A stretch of DNA of 64,000 nucleotides, taken from contig CAYNHL010000002.1 of NCBI GenBank assembly GCA_964397015.1, positions 201 through 64,200 on the forward strand, read 5' to 3'. Shown here in pieces: positions 44,736-55,396 of the stretch; the stretch's first letter is position 1; each line of letters starts with the position of its first letter. Under the pieces are notes generated by a model. The model was not told the DNA's origin. It saw only the letters and a program-made list of their open reading frames with translations, and made no database searches. This DNA comes from an uncultured Desulfobacterales bacterium. GTDB lineage: Bacteria; Desulfobacterota; Desulfobacteria; Desulfobacterales; Desulfobacteraceae. The position numbers and the translations under genes are program-made.

Positions 44736-45857
44736 ATGACTCGGAAAAACGCTGAAAAAGCAGTCAGGGGCCTGCTCGAAACGGCCGGTATTACATTGAA
44801 CGGGACTGATCCATGGGATATCACCGTTGTGGATGACCGGTTTTATGAACGGGTGCTGGCCCAGGGCGCACTTGGACTCGGGGAGTCCTTTATGGACAAG
44901 TGGTGGACCTGCCCTGCTGTAGACCAGTTCATCGACAGGGTGCTGCGGGCTGATCTTCAGTCACGGGTGAAGAAAAACCCGTCTTTTTATCTATACTGCC
45001 TTGCGGCAAAGCTTTTTAACCGGCAGGCCAGGCGCCGGGCATTCGAGGTCGCGAAAAAACATTATGATATCGGAAACGACCTCTACGTAAGAATGCTGGA
45101 CAAGCAGATGCTGTATACCTGTGCCTACTGGAAAAATGCAGATACGCTCGAGCAGGCTCAAAAAGACAAACTGGACCTGGTATGCCGGAAAATCGGGTTG
45201 AAATCCGGGATGACAGTGCTGGACCTGGGGTGCGGGTATGGTGCGTTTGCCAAGCATGCGGCACAGAACTACGGGGCCAGGGTCGTCGGATACACGGTGT
45301 CAAAGAGGCAGGCTGAACTTGGCCGTGAAATGAACAAGGGGCTGGAGGTGGATATCCGGCTGGATGATTACCGGTCAGCGACCGGCCATTTTGACCGCGT
45401 TGTCTCCATCGGGCTGATGGAGCATGTGGGATACAAGAACTACCGGACATATATGACAAAAGTGGACCAGACGCTCAAAAAGGATGGTATCGCCTTTATC
45501 CATACCATCGGAGCCAACCATACCTCACTGGTTACCAATGGATGGACTGAAAAGTACATTTTTCCCAATGGCAAAATCCCTTCCATTGCACAACTCGGCA
45601 GTGCCATGGAAGGGATGTTCGTTATGGAGGACTGGCACAATTTCGGAGAGGATTATGATAAAACCCTGATGGCATGGTATGACAATTTCACCCGGTCCTG
45701 GCACGAGATCAAAGACCGTTATTCCGATCGTTTTTACCGGATGTGGGAATATTACCTGCTGTCCTGTGCAGGCGGGTTCAGGTCCCGGCATCTCCAGTTG
45801 TGGCAGATTGTCATGACCCGCATGGGCAGGCCCGCTCCGGAATGCAGGTTCAGCTGA
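44736..45857 (+). CDS. cfa: Cyclopropane-fatty-acyl-phospholipid synthase family SAM methyltransferase
   Basis: HYDIGNDLY, VLDLGCGYG, SIGLMEHVG and YYLLSCAGGFR are classic Cfa/mycolic-acid methyltransferase motifs. Confidence 0.85.
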   Translation: MTRKNAEKAVRGLLETAGITLNGTDPWDITVVDDRFYERVLAQGALGLGESFMDKWWTCPAVDQFIDRVLRADLQSRVKKNPSFYLYCLAAKLFNRQARRRAFEVAKKHYDIGNDLYVRMLDKQMLYTCAYWKNADTLEQAQKDKLDLVCRKIGLKSGMTVLDLGCGYGAFAKHAAQNYGARVVGYTVSKRQAELGREMNKGLEVDIRLDDYRSATGHFDRVVSIGLMEHVGYKNYRTYMTKVDQTLKKDGIAFIHTIGANHTSLVTNGWTEKYIFPNGKIPSIAQLGSAMEGMFVMEDWHNFGEDYDKTLMAWYDNFTRSWHEIKDRYSDRFYRMWEYYLLSCAGGFRSRHLQLWQIVMTRMGRPAPECRFS

Positions 45858-45861
45858 TTCC

Positions 45862-46872
45862 ATGCGAACGGTCGATGCAATTATTGTGGGCGGGGGGCCG
45901 GCTGGTGCCAGCTGCGCATGGGAGCTGGCCAGGCAGGGGCTGACACCGCTGATCCTGGAAAAAAAGGTGTTTCCGCGCCAGAAGCTGTGTGCCGGCTGGG
46001 TGACTCCCGAAGTTTTCAGGGCGCTTGAGTGTGACCCGTCGCAATATCCTTTTGGCATCGAGCGGGTTAACACCATTTTTTTTCATTTGTTCAAGCTGAC
46101 ACTTCCATTGAAAACCCGGCAATACTCAATCCGGCGGATTGAATTCGACCAGTGGATGCTGAACCGGTCCGGGGCCGAGGTGATTTGTCACCGGGTAGCG
46201 AAAATAGACAGGGAAAAGGACATGTTTGTCGTGGACCAGGCCTTCAGATCACGGTTCATTATCGGAGCAGGGGGAACCAACTGCCCTGTGGCCCGGCATT
46301 TTTTTTCACGCAGAGAAAAGCCGTCAGCCGCCGAATGCATTATCACCCTTGAAAAGGAATTTTATGGCACAAGCCGGCTTTCCGGCTGCCACCTGTGGTT
46401 TTTCAGGCACCACCTGCCCGGATATGCCTGGCTGGTTCCCAAGGCCGGGGGATACCTGAACATAGGTATCGGCGGTAAACTGGCCGGGTTGAAAAAAAGA
46501 AAAACAACGATTGAAAATCATTGGCACCGGTTTATAAACGACCTGAAACTATCGGGCCATATCCGGGATATGGCCCACAGGCCCAGAGGATATGCCTATT
46601 ATCTCAGGCAGCCCGGACAAACCGCCCATAAAGGTAATGCATTTATCATAGGGGATGCACTGGGCATGGCCACAAGGGACATGGGAGAAGGGATCGGTCC
46701 TGCAGTCAGAAGCGGAATACTGGCAGCCCGGGCAATGGCCTCAGGTAAGCCTCTGTACCTGGATAGCATTGCCCGGTTCAGCCTGCCGGCCATGGTGGCG
46801 GCCGGAATTAAATCCTTGAATCCTGTCCGGCATAAACCAGTTCCAGGCTCTGGCCGGAAGAAGAAAGGGTAA
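45862..46872 (+). CDS. FAD-dependent oxidoreductase, geranylgeranyl-reductase-like
   Basis: [22 protein letters not shown] dinucleotide fold and the later GDALG motif. It starts 4 nt after the cfa stop. Confidence 0.8.
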   Translation: MRTVDAIIVGGGPAGASCAWELARQGLTPLILEKKVFPRQKLCAGWVTPEVFRALECDPSQYPFGIERVNTIFFHLFKLTLPLKTRQYSIRRIEFDQWMLNRSGAEVICHRVAKIDREKDMFVVDQAFRSRFIIGAGGTNCPVARHFFSRREKPSAAECIITLEKEFYGTSRLSGCHLWFFRHHLPGYAWLVPKAGGYLNIGIGGKLAGLKKRKTTIENHWHRFINDLKLSGHIRDMAHRPRGYAYYLRQPGQTAHKGNAFIIGDALGMATRDMGEGIGPAVRSGILAARAMASGKPLYLDSIARFSLPAMVAAGIKSLNPVRHKPVPGSGRKKKG

Positions 46873-49420
46873 CTGTTATCGTGCTGTTGTCCTGGAAATC
46901 TCCTTTTAAAATAGCCATGGAAAGGGGGTTTTCAAGCTCCTGCTGTATGACGCGTTTCAGGGGTCTGGCTCCGAATACCGGGTCATACCCCTTTTTAGCT
47001 ACGTAATCCATGGCATCTTCATCCAGCTGGACCTGCATGCCGCGTGTTTTAAGCCTTGTATTCAGTTTGTCGACCTGGATCCGGGCAATATCCTTTATAT
47101 CCTCTTGTGTCAGGGAATGGAACGAGATGATATCGTCCACCCTGTTCAGGAATTCAGGCCGGAATACCTCTTTCAATGCCTGGAAAATACCCTCCTGTAT
47201 TTTCGGATCATCCAGATTGTCTGCCGTTCCAGCTTCCTGGAGAAAACGGGAACCGACATTGGATGTCATGATGATGATCGTGTTCCTGAAATCCACTGTC
47301 CTGCCGTGACCGTCTGTCATCCTTCCGTCGTCGAGCACCTGGAGCAGAATATTGAAGACATCGGGATGGGCTTTTTCGATTTCATCAAACAGGAGAACCG
47401 AATAGGGACGGCGGCGGACGGCTTCGGTCAGAAATCCTCCCTCGTCATACCCGACATAGCCGGGAGGAGCCCCGATCAGTCGTGCCACGGAATGTTTTTC
47501 CATGTATTCTGACATATCCATGCGGATCATGGCCTGGTCGCTGTCAAAGATAAATTCGGCAAGGGATTTGGCCAGTTCGGTTTTCCCCACCCCTGTAGGA
47601 CCCATGAAAATAAAAGTGCCAATAGGCCTGTCTTCAGGCTGCAAACCCGAACGGGCGCGCCGGACAGCATTGGAAACAGCGTCAATGGCTTTTTTCTGGC
47701 CTATGACCCGTTTCTGGATGTAGGTCTCCATCTGGACTAGTTTTTCCTGTTCGCTTTTCAGCATACGAGCCACCGGAATACCGGTCCAGGAAGATACCAC
47801 TTCCGCCACATCGGCTTCGTCCACATCTTCCTTGAGCATGCCACCGTTTTCCTGCAGTTTATCGAGTTCCTTCTTTTTATCAGTCAGTTTTTTCTGCAGT
47901 TCTTCAATGGTTCCGTACCTGATCTGTGCCACTTTTTCAAGATCTCCGGCCCTTTCGGCCATCTGGGCCTGTGTCTGGTATTTGTCAATGTCTTCTCGGA
48001 TACCGGAAATTTCCTGGATCAATTTTTTCTCGCTGTCCCAGTGCAGTTTCATGGGGCCGATTTCATCTTTTAATTCCGCCAGTTCCTTTTCAAGTTTGTC
48101 CAGACGGTCCCGGGAGGCCTTGTCTTTTTCCTTGAGCAGGGCCTGCCGTTCGATCTGGGCCTGTGTGATCCTGCGCTGGATTTCATCGATGACCCGTGGC
48201 ATGGAGTCAATTTCAATACGCAGGCGGGAAGCACATTCATCAATCAGGTCCACGGCCTTGTCAGGCAGGAACCTGTCTGCAATGTACCGGTTGGACAGGG
48301 TGGCTGCGGCCACAATGGCCGAATCCTTGATCCTTATGCCGTGATGTACTTCATACTTTTCCTTGAGTCCCCGCAATATGGAAATAGTGTCTTCCACGGT
48401 GGGTTCCCTGGCCATGACCGGCTGGAAGCGACGTTCGAGTGCCGCATCTTTTTCAATGTATTTCCGGTACTCGTTCAGGGTGGTCGCTCCGACACATCGC
48501 AGCGTACCTCTTGCCAGCGCGGGTTTGAGCATGTTGGATGCATCCACCGATCCCTCGGCAGCCCCGGCTCCGACCACGGTATGGAGTTCATCTATAAACA
48601 GGACAATTTCACCTTCGGCCGCTTCTATTTCCTTTAAAACCGCTTTGAGACGTTCTTCAAATTCGCCCCTGAACTTGGCCCCGGCCAGAAGTGCACCCAT
48701 GTCCAGGGCGATGACACGCCGGTCAACAAGTGATTCAGACACATCGCCTTCGACAATGCGCTGTGCCAGGCCTTCGACAATGGCGGTTTTCCCGACACCG
48801 GGTTCCCCGATCAGGACCGGGTTGTTCTTCCGGCGCCGGGACAGGACCTGTACGATCCTGCGGATTTCCTCGTCCCTGCCGATAACCGGGTCCAGTTTCC
48901 CGGTACGGGCCAGTTCTGTCAGGTCTCGGCCGTATTTTTCCAGAGCCTGGTATTTTTCTTCCGGGTTGGGGTCTGTAATGGTCTGGTTGCCGCGGATATC
49001 CTTCAATACCGTAAAGACCGTATCCCTCGTGATACCGTGCCGCTGCAGGATTTTCTGAGCGCTGGATGTCACCTGGGCCATTGCCAGCAGGATATGCTCT
49101 AAGCTGACATACTGGTCTTTCATTTTCCGGGCTTCTTCCAGTGCCTTGTCCAGGATTTTTTTGGCTGTCCCTGACAGGTATGTGTCGGCAGCACCGGAGA
49201 CCTGTACCAGCTTCTCGAGTGCGGCGGTCGCATCCTGCTGCAGCTGGGAAACCGGAACGCCGAGTTTTTTGAAAATGGAAACACAGATGCCCTCGGAATC
49301 AGCCAGCATGGCCATGAGGAAATGCTCGGGCTCGATGTACTGGTGATTTTTTTTGCTGGCAATGTCATGGGCATTTTGAATCAATGCCTGTGATTTCATG
49401 GTAAATTTATCAAAAGTCAT
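46808..49420 (-). CDS. clpB: Chaperone disaggregase ClpB
   Basis: Two AAA+ modules ([18 protein letters not shown]), a long middle coiled coil and a Clp N-domain. The start is set at MTFDKFT (49420). Confidence 0.95.
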   Translation of the reverse strand: MTFDKFTMKSQALIQNAHDIASKKNHQYIEPEHFLMAMLADSEGICVSIFKKLGVPVSQLQQDATAALEKLVQVSGAADTYLSGTAKKILDKALEEARKMKDQYVSLEHILLAMAQVTSSAQKILQRHGITRDTVFTVLKDIRGNQTITDPNPEEKYQALEKYGRDLTELARTGKLDPVIGRDEEIRRIVQVLSRRRKNNPVLIGEPGVGKTAIVEGLAQRIVEGDVSESLVDRRVIALDMGALLAGAKFRGEFEERLKAVLKEIEAAEGEIVLFIDELHTVVGAGAAEGSVDASNMLKPALARGTLRCVGATTLNEYRKYIEKDAALERRFQPVMAREPTVEDTISILRGLKEKYEVHHGIRIKDSAIVAAATLSNRYIADRFLPDKAVDLIDECASRLRIEIDSMPRVIDEIQRRITQAQIERQALLKEKDKASRDRLDKLEKELAELKDEIGPMKLHWDSEKKLIQEISGIREDIDKYQTQAQMAERAGDLEKVAQIRYGTIEELQKKLTDKKKELDKLQENGGMLKEDVDEADVAEVVSSWTGIPVARMLKSEQEKLVQMETYIQKRVIGQKKAIDAVSNAVRRARSGLQPEDRPIGTFIFMGPTGVGKTELAKSLAEFIFDSDQAMIRMDMSEYMEKHSVARLIGAPPGYVGYDEGGFLTEAVRRRPYSVLLFDEIEKAHPDVFNILLQVLDDGRMTDGHGRTVDFRNTIIIMTSNVGSRFLQEAGTADNLDDPKIQEGIFQALKEVFRPEFLNRVDDIISFHSLTQEDIKDIARIQVDKLNTRLKTRGMQVQLDEDAMDYVAKKGYDPVFGARPLKRVIQQELENPLSMAILKGDFQDNSTITVTLSSSGQSLELVYAGQDSRI

Positions 49421-49557
49421 TTTATTTAGTCCTTTCATTATTTTTCATTATTTAATACATAAAGTAATGCTGCCTCCTGTGACGTCAAGGGGTTGTTCCT
49501 GTTTCTTTTTTCAGCACGAAACCAGAGCCGGGTCTATTGATCTTTGGAATGCCATTC

Positions 49558-49586
49558 TTGACAGCTCCCACCATGTGGTATATTTT
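49558..49586 (+). promoter_or_regulatory. Candidate sigma70 promoter giving a leaderless or near-leaderless mRNA
   Basis: TTGACA (49558-49563), then TATATT/TATTTT at 49579-49586. The ATG at 49593 is only about 7 nt downstream and has no SD. Confidence 0.4.
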
Positions 49587-49592
49587 ACCAGG

Positions 49593-49982
49593 ATGGACAA
49601 CACGCAATTCAAACAGATCCGGTCCCGTCTGAACCGGACCCAGAAGCAGATGGCACAGCTGCTCGGGGTTTCCATAAAGGCCGTGCACTCCTATGAACAG
49701 GGATGGCGGAAAATACCCCATCATGTCGAAAGACAGCTGTTTTTTCTGCTGTACCGTTTCTTGAATCACCACCATAACGCCAGTGAAACAGCATGCTGGA
49801 TAATTCTGGACTGTCCCAAAAGCCGGCATGAAAACTGCCCCGCCTGGGAATTCAATACCGGTGATTTGTGCTGGTTCATAAACGGCACATGCTGCAACGG
49901 CCGGATACACGATACCTGGGAGGAAAAAATGGAGGCGTGCAGAAAATGTCCTGTTTTTTTAACACAGATCAAGGAAACCTGA
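49593..49982 (+). CDS. XRE-type HTH regulator with a C-terminal Cys/Trp-rich domain
   Basis: FKQIRSRLNRTQKQMAQLLGVSIKAVHSYEQG is an XRE HTH. The C-terminus reads ACWIILDCP...CPAWEF...LCWFINGTCCNG...CRKCP. The start is moved from 49398. Confidence 0.7.
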   Translation: MDNTQFKQIRSRLNRTQKQMAQLLGVSIKAVHSYEQGWRKIPHHVERQLFFLLYRFLNHHHNASETACWIILDCPKSRHENCPAWEFNTGDLCWFINGTCCNGRIHDTWEEKMEACRKCPVFLTQIKET

Positions 49983-49985
49983 CTT

Positions 49986-50963
49986 ATGAGCAACAGAAAA
50001 AAGGATCATGCCGCCTGCCAGACCGAGTTGATGGATCAGCTGAATTACCGCCGCAAACTGCCTGATGTCATTGATCATGTTATAAGTTCAATTGATGATG
50101 ACCGCTGCTTTGCCCATGTGGGAGACGATCCGCTGCATTTTTCGACATCTGTTACGGAAATGATCGATAAATTCAGGGAAATTCTTTTCCCGGGATATTT
50201 TTCAAGTGAAAAGGTGGATCATGCCAACCTGCGTTACCATATAGGCCAGGCCGTGTCCAGGCTGTATGATATACTGTCCCACCAGGTGATGCATGTGCTT
50301 CGGCATGATTGTCTGAGATACGGCCAGGTCTGCACGGTCTGCGAGGAAAAAGGCAATTCAGTGGCAATGAAAGTGATCGAAGCCATCCCGTCCCTGCGCA
50401 TCATACTTTCCAAGGATGTAAGGGCCGCTTATGCTGGAGATCCGGCAGCCAAAAGCTTTGACGAGATCATTTTTTCATATCCAGGGCTCTATGCCATCAT
50501 GGTGTACCGTATTGCTCACCTGCTGTTTGAGAACGGCGTTCCCCAGCTGCCCCGGATTTTAACTGAACATGCCCATTCCGTGACCGGGATCGATATTCAT
50601 CCGGGGGCCCGGATCGGTGAGAATTTCGTTATCGATCACGGGACCGGTATTGTAATAGGAGAAACCAGTGAAATCGGAAGCAATGTAAGGATCTACCAGA
50701 ATGTCACTATCGGAGCGCTGTCCCTGCCGGCGGACGCCGGGGACAAACTGCGCTGGGCCAAGCGCCATCCTACGATCGAGGACGATGTCATCGTCTATTC
50801 AGGCGCGACCATTCTCGGTGGAGAGACCCGCATCGGCGCCCGTTGTGTCATTGGCGGCAATGTCTGGCTGACTGAATCGGTACCGCCGGATACCAAGGTT
50901 TTTATCGAAACCCCCCGGCAGGTATTTAAAAACCATGATGCAGAAAAAGGCGGTGAAAAATGA
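49986..50963 (+). CDS. cysE: Serine O-acetyltransferase (long N-terminal form)
   Basis: Hexapeptide-repeat core GIDIHPGARIGENFVIDHGTGIVIGETSEIGSNVRIYQNVTIG. Confidence 0.85.
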   Translation: MSNRKKDHAACQTELMDQLNYRRKLPDVIDHVISSIDDDRCFAHVGDDPLHFSTSVTEMIDKFREILFPGYFSSEKVDHANLRYHIGQAVSRLYDILSHQVMHVLRHDCLRYGQVCTVCEEKGNSVAMKVIEAIPSLRIILSKDVRAAYAGDPAAKSFDEIIFSYPGLYAIMVYRIAHLLFENGVPQLPRILTEHAHSVTGIDIHPGARIGENFVIDHGTGIVIGETSEIGSNVRIYQNVTIGALSLPADAGDKLRWAKRHPTIEDDVIVYSGATILGGETRIGARCVIGGNVWLTESVPPDTKVFIETPRQVFKNHDAEKGGEK

Positions 50964-51880
50964 TGATAAAACCTGATATGACCCACACCTGCTTCAATAC
51001 CCCGCTGGTACGCCTGGAAAAGGCCAGCGCCGAGTCAGGAGCCATATTGCTGGCAAAGGTCGAATTTTTCAACCCCACCGGCAGTGTCAAGGACAGAATA
51101 GGGTACGCCATGATCGAAGATGCCTGGGAAAAGGGTCTGATCAACCGGCAGTCGGTAATAGTGGAACCTACCAGCGGTAATACAGGTATAGCCCTGGCTT
51201 TTGTCGCCGGGATCAAGGAACTGACTTTGATATTGACCATGCCGGAATCGATGAGCATAGAGCGAAGAAAGCTGCTCAAACACCTGGGTGCCCGCCTGGT
51301 TCTCACTCCCGGGGCCCAAGGAATGAAGGGTGCCATCAGTGAAGCCGTAAGAATTGTTGAAAACACTCCCGATGCCTATATGCCGGACCAGTTTTCCAAT
51401 CCGTCCAACCCGAAGATCCATCGGGAAACAACGGCTGTCGAAATCTGGGAAGACACCGGCGGCCAGGTGGATATCTTTGTTGCAGGTGTAGGTACCGGCG
51501 GAACAATTACCGGCGTGTCAGAGGTGTTGAAACAAAAGAAGCCCGCAATACGCTCCGTTGCCGTGGAACCGGCTGATTCTCCGGTGCTTTCCGGTGGGAA
51601 ACCCGGTCCTCATTCAATCCAGGGAATTGGTGCCGGATTTGTGCCTGCCGTATTGAACCGGGATATCATTGACGATATTGTAACAATAACCACAGCCCAG
51701 GCACTTTCCGGGGCAAGACAGCTGGCCCTGCAGGCCGGAATGCTCTGCGGCATCTCCTCCGGCGCCAATTATGCAGCCGCCCGGCAGGTGGCTTCAAGGC
51801 CGGAGAACCGGGGGAAAACCATCGTGTTCGTGGTCTGTGATACCGGAGAGAGGTATATCAGTACCGGCCTGTTCAGCTGA
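50960..51880 (+). CDS. cysK: Cysteine synthase A (O-acetylserine sulfhydrylase)
   Basis: NPTGSVKDR PLP-lysine motif, EPTSGNTGIALA and GTGGTITG. ATGA overlap with cysE. Confidence 0.92.
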   Translation: MMIKPDMTHTCFNTPLVRLEKASAESGAILLAKVEFFNPTGSVKDRIGYAMIEDAWEKGLINRQSVIVEPTSGNTGIALAFVAGIKELTLILTMPESMSIERRKLLKHLGARLVLTPGAQGMKGAISEAVRIVENTPDAYMPDQFSNPSNPKIHRETTAVEIWEDTGGQVDIFVAGVGTGGTITGVSEVLKQKKPAIRSVAVEPADSPVLSGGKPGPHSIQGIGAGFVPAVLNRDIIDDIVTITTAQALSGARQLALQAGMLCGISSGANYAAARQVASRPENRGKTIVFVVCDTGERYISTGLFS

Positions 51881-51895
51881 AGCTCAAACTCAATC

Positions 51896-53065
51896 TTATA
51901 CTGCAGCCCCGTCTTTCCAGAAAGGTGACATGTCCCTGAGTTTTTGAATGGCAGGCACCATGACATTGACAATGCGGTCCATTTCTTCCCTTGTATTGTC
52001 GCATGAAAGGGAAAACCGTATGGAGCCGTGGGCGGACTTGAATGGTACCTTCATGGCCATGAGTACATGGGATGGTTCAAGGGACCCTGATGTACAGGCC
52101 GATCCCGAGGAGGCACAGATTCCCTCCCGGTCCAGCAGCAGCAGGATGGATTCCCCTTCAACAGCATCAAATCCTATGCTCAATGTATTGGGCAGCCGGT
52201 GCGTTATATCGCCGTTTACCGATGTGCCTGGTATTTTGGCCAGCAGCTGGGATTCAAGGTGATCCCTGAGTTCCCTGACATGGGTATCCATTTTGTCAAT
52301 GTGTGCTCCTGCAAGCTCACAGGCCTTTCCTAAACCGATAATGGATGCCGTGTTTTCAGTTCCTCCCCGCCGGCCTTTTTCCTGGTGTCCGCCGATAAGG
52401 AAGGGCTTGAACTTGAGTCCCTTTCTGACATAAAGTGCAGCTACCCCTTTGGGGGCATGTATTTTATGGCCTGATAAAGACAGCATGTCCACACCGGCTT
52501 TGTTTACATCTATGGGGATTTTGCCTGCAGCCTGTACCGCGTCGGTGTGAAAGACAATGCCCTTTTCACGGGCCATGCCGGCAATTTCTTCAATGGGAAA
52601 TATCACCCCTGTTTCATTGTTGGCCCACATGATGGAAATGACTGCAGTATCGCCGGACATGCTGGTATAAAGGGTGTCCATATCCAGGTTCCCTTTTTTG
52701 TCAACCGGTACAAAGGTGACCCGGTAGCCTTTTTTTTCAAGGGTTTTGAATAAGCTGTCAATGGCAGGATGTTCGACGCTGGAGGTGATGATATGCTTTT
52801 TTTCGGGTGCATTCAAAAGTGCGGCATTGACTGCGGCATTATCACTTTCAGTGCCGCAGCTGGTAAATATGATTTCCCCGGGATCGGCATTGATCAATCC
52901 GGCCACCTGCTGCCTGGCAGCGGACAGTTCTCTTGCGACATTGCCGCCGAATGAATGCATGGACGACGGATTGCCGTAATAGCGGCCGAAAAAAGGCAGC
53001 ATTTTTTCGATCACTTCGTCTGCCACCCGGGTGGTGGCATTGTTGTCTGTATATATGATATCCAT
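51896..53065 (-). CDS. nifS: Cysteine desulfurase, NifS type
   Basis: YTDNNATT, GTESDN, SGHKIHAPKG (PLP Lys) and the active-site loop SSGSACTS. Confidence 0.9.
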   Translation of the reverse strand: MDIIYTDNNATTRVADEVIEKMLPFFGRYYGNPSSMHSFGGNVARELSAARQQVAGLINADPGEIIFTSCGTESDNAAVNAALLNAPEKKHIITSSVEHPAIDSLFKTLEKKGYRVTFVPVDKKGNLDMDTLYTSMSGDTAVISIMWANNETGVIFPIEEIAGMAREKGIVFHTDAVQAAGKIPIDVNKAGVDMLSLSGHKIHAPKGVAALYVRKGLKFKPFLIGGHQEKGRRGGTENTASIIGLGKACELAGAHIDKMDTHVRELRDHLESQLLAKIPGTSVNGDITHRLPNTLSIGFDAVEGESILLLLDREGICASSGSACTSGSLEPSHVLMAMKVPFKSAHGSIRFSLSCDNTREEMDRIVNVMVPAIQKLRDMSPFWKDGAAV

Positions 53066-53082
53066 GTGAACAGTATCCTTGT

Positions 53083-53640
53083 CTAAGCTTTCACCGATTC
53101 AATAATGTCTTCGATTTTTTCGATGCAATTTCCGCAACCGCCTCCGGCCTTGAGATAGTTGGTGACATCTTCCACTGAATCCAGTTTTCGGGTCTTAACG
53201 GCATCGATGATTTCCAGGTCGGTGATGCCAAAACACTCGCAGACGATTTCACCCGGTTTGTCCAGTATCTGGACTCCACGGTAAGATGCAATGGCTTTTT
53301 TAAGAGCCTGTTGTCCCATGACGGAGCAGTGCATCTTTTCTTTGGGAAGTCCCCCTAAATAATCAGCAATGTCTTCATTGGTTATTTTTTCCGCATCCTC
53401 GACGGTCATGCCCTTTATTATTTCCGTAAGGGCTGAGGAAGAGGCTACTGCACTGGCACATCCAAAAGTCATGAAGCTTGCATCCATGATACGGCCATTC
53501 TTGTTGATTTTCAAAAACAGCCTGAGGGCATCCCCGCAGGAGAGTGATCCGGTTTCGCCAACAGCATTGGCATCCTTCATTTCACCCACATTCCTGGGGT
53601 TTAAAAAATGTTCCTTGACTTCATCTGTATATTCCCACAT
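53083..53640 (-). CDS. nifU: NifU-like Fe-S scaffold (IscU-like domain plus BFD-like [2Fe-2S] domain)
   Basis: GSLSCGDALRL, TFGCASAVASSS, LPKEKMHCS, then CECFGI...GGCGNC. Confidence 0.85.
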   Translation of the reverse strand: MWEYTDEVKEHFLNPRNVGEMKDANAVGETGSLSCGDALRLFLKINKNGRIMDASFMTFGCASAVASSSALTEIIKGMTVEDAEKITNEDIADYLGGLPKEKMHCSVMGQQALKKAIASYRGVQILDKPGEIVCECFGITDLEIIDAVKTRKLDSVEDVTNYLKAGGGCGNCIEKIEDIIESVKA

Positions 53641-53882
53641 GGTGACTCCTTGTTCAAATACATGGTATTGTCTTTTACCGCCACCAATAAAATACGACTT
53701 TGTGGTAGAAAGTCAATGATAAAAAGATGGTTGTACCAGACTCAGTGGCGGCTGTCCGGCAAAAGTAATAGCAAAAAAGATACCATGAGGGTCTTGACTT
53801 TGGAACTTTTGCGGTTCTAGTATAAAAATTTCGTTCATGACTCAACTTACATAGATATTATTTATCAAGGAGATACAGTTTT

Positions 53883-54737
53883 ATGCTCAAGGAAAAAAAA
53901 ATCGGGTTTATCGGTGGCGGAAATATGGCGGAAGCCCTTGTGAGCGGACTGGTCCAGTCCGGAGCGGCACAGCCCGATAATATTATATGTTCAGATATCT
54001 ATGATGATGTGCTGGCCGCTCTTGAAGAAAAATACAAGGTCCATACCACCAGAGATAACCGCGAGGTGGTATCGGAGTCCGACATTGTCATATTTGCTGT
54101 CAAACCGCAGATCCTGGGGTCGGTGCTCAAGGAAACGGCCGATGGCCTGGACATGTCCAAACTGATCATTTCAATAGCTGCAGGTGTTCCCCTGGCCGCC
54201 ATTGCTGCCGGCCTGAACAAAAAGCTGCGCCTGATCAGGGTCATGCCCAATATATGTGCATTTGTCAAGGAGAGTGCCACTGCCATAGCGGCCGGTGAAT
54301 ATGTCACTGACAAGGATGTCCCCTTTGCCAGGGCAATTTTTGATTCAGTGGGAAAAACGGTCTTTATACAGGAAAACGTCCTGATGGATGCTTTTACCGG
54401 TTTGAGCGGCAGCGGCCCTGCCTATATTTTCCTGATTATTGACGCCATGGCAGATGCCGGGGTTAAAATGGGACTGTCGCGGAAAGATTCCCGGTTATTG
54501 TCCACCCAGACAGTACTTGGGGCGGCAAAGCTGCTGCTGGAAACAAACGAGCATCCAGGCCAGCTCAAGGACCGGGTGACATCACCGGGCGGCACCGCCA
54601 TCGCAGGTATCCACACCCTCGAGGAAGGAGGGTTGCGGACCACGTTGATCAATGCGGTGGAGTCGGCCACCCGGCGCTCCAGGGAACTCGGGGAGATGAT
54701 GGTAAAAGAGTTTACCAGGGCCAACGGTGAAAAATAA
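53883..54737 (+). CDS. proC: Pyrroline-5-carboxylate reductase
   Basis: IGFIGGGNMAEAL, VMPN, and the GSGPAY...SPGGTT-like motif (TSPGGTAIAG). Confidence 0.9.
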   Translation: MLKEKKIGFIGGGNMAEALVSGLVQSGAAQPDNIICSDIYDDVLAALEEKYKVHTTRDNREVVSESDIVIFAVKPQILGSVLKETADGLDMSKLIISIAAGVPLAAIAAGLNKKLRLIRVMPNICAFVKESATAIAAGEYVTDKDVPFARAIFDSVGKTVFIQENVLMDAFTGLSGSGPAYIFLIIDAMADAGVKMGLSRKDSRLLSTQTVLGAAKLLLETNEHPGQLKDRVTSPGGTAIAGIHTLEEGGLRTTLINAVESATRRSRELGEMMVKEFTRANGEK

Positions 54738-54759
54738 CAGGTATTAAAAATCCAGCTGT

Positions 54760-55116
54760 TTACTGCACCTGCAGCTCTTTTTTCAGCCAGTTTTTAATAT
54801 TGCCTTCCACCGCATAAACACCCTTGTACTGGCCTATCCCGCTTAAAAATTCTTTTTCAAGCAGCTGCGGCAGTTCGAATTCGGCCAGCTCTTCAGAGTC
54901 GAATCCTTTTCTGCGGATCAGGCGCACCACCGGTGATTTGGACCAGGTACTGATCACAAAATAGACGGTTTCATTGTCGTTGTCCCGTGAATTGTAATAG
55001 GCCTGTGACCGCAGCGGCCCCCATTCAAGATGGAGCGCAATGGCCTCTTCGGGGGTCATTTCCCAGTCCACGGAGTTTATCAGTTGTGTGTCGGTTTTTA
55101 TATCTTCAAGTTTCAT
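54760..55116 (-). CDS. Hypothetical protein (118 aa)
   Basis: The ORF has SD AGGAGGATACA-ATG. No motif recognised. Confidence 0.55.
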   Translation of the reverse strand: MKLEDIKTDTQLINSVDWEMTPEEAIALHLEWGPLRSQAYYNSRDNDNETVYFVISTWSKSPVVRLIRRKGFDSEELAEFELPQLLEKEFLSGIGQYKGVYAVEGNIKNWLKKELQVQ

Positions 55117-55328
55117 TGTATCCTCCTGATTTCAAATGTTGCTGACACCTCTTGCTATAGTTGAGCTAATAAGAGGAGTAGCAAACATTGTGCCTGATGA
55201 AGCGGTCATTATCCAATATCCTGTAATTATATATAGAATTATAAAGTTGATCCAAAAATCGGGGATGTGAACAACAGCTGTCGATACAGTATTGTATTGA
55301 TTGTGGTTGATACATTATTGTATCGACT

Positions 55329-55356
55329 GAAAAACAGGGCTTTGCCTGGTTTTTCA
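55329..55356 (-). terminator. Weak stem-loop flanked by A/T runs, downstream of the Sec-rhodanese operon
   Basis: The plus strand reads GAAAAACAGGGCTTTGCCTGGTTTTTC. A larger imperfect 17-bp hairpin (GTCGATACA...TGTATCGAC) lies at 55281-55328. Confidence 0.4.
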
Positions 55357-55396
55357 AAAAGCAGTTATTAACCGGTTGAAAGGGCGCAGAAGAAAA

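Noticed and set aside
46808-46872. 65-nt convergent overlap between the clpB 3' end and the FAD-oxidoreductase 3' end
   Set aside because: Both reading frames are otherwise well supported. The overlap most likely reflects non-conserved C-terminal tails rather than an error or a regulatory feature. I could not decide further by eye.
55166-55357. 63-aa minus-strand ORF downstream of the operon
   Set aside because: It spans the terminator-like hairpins, has no SD and lies in an AT-rich region.
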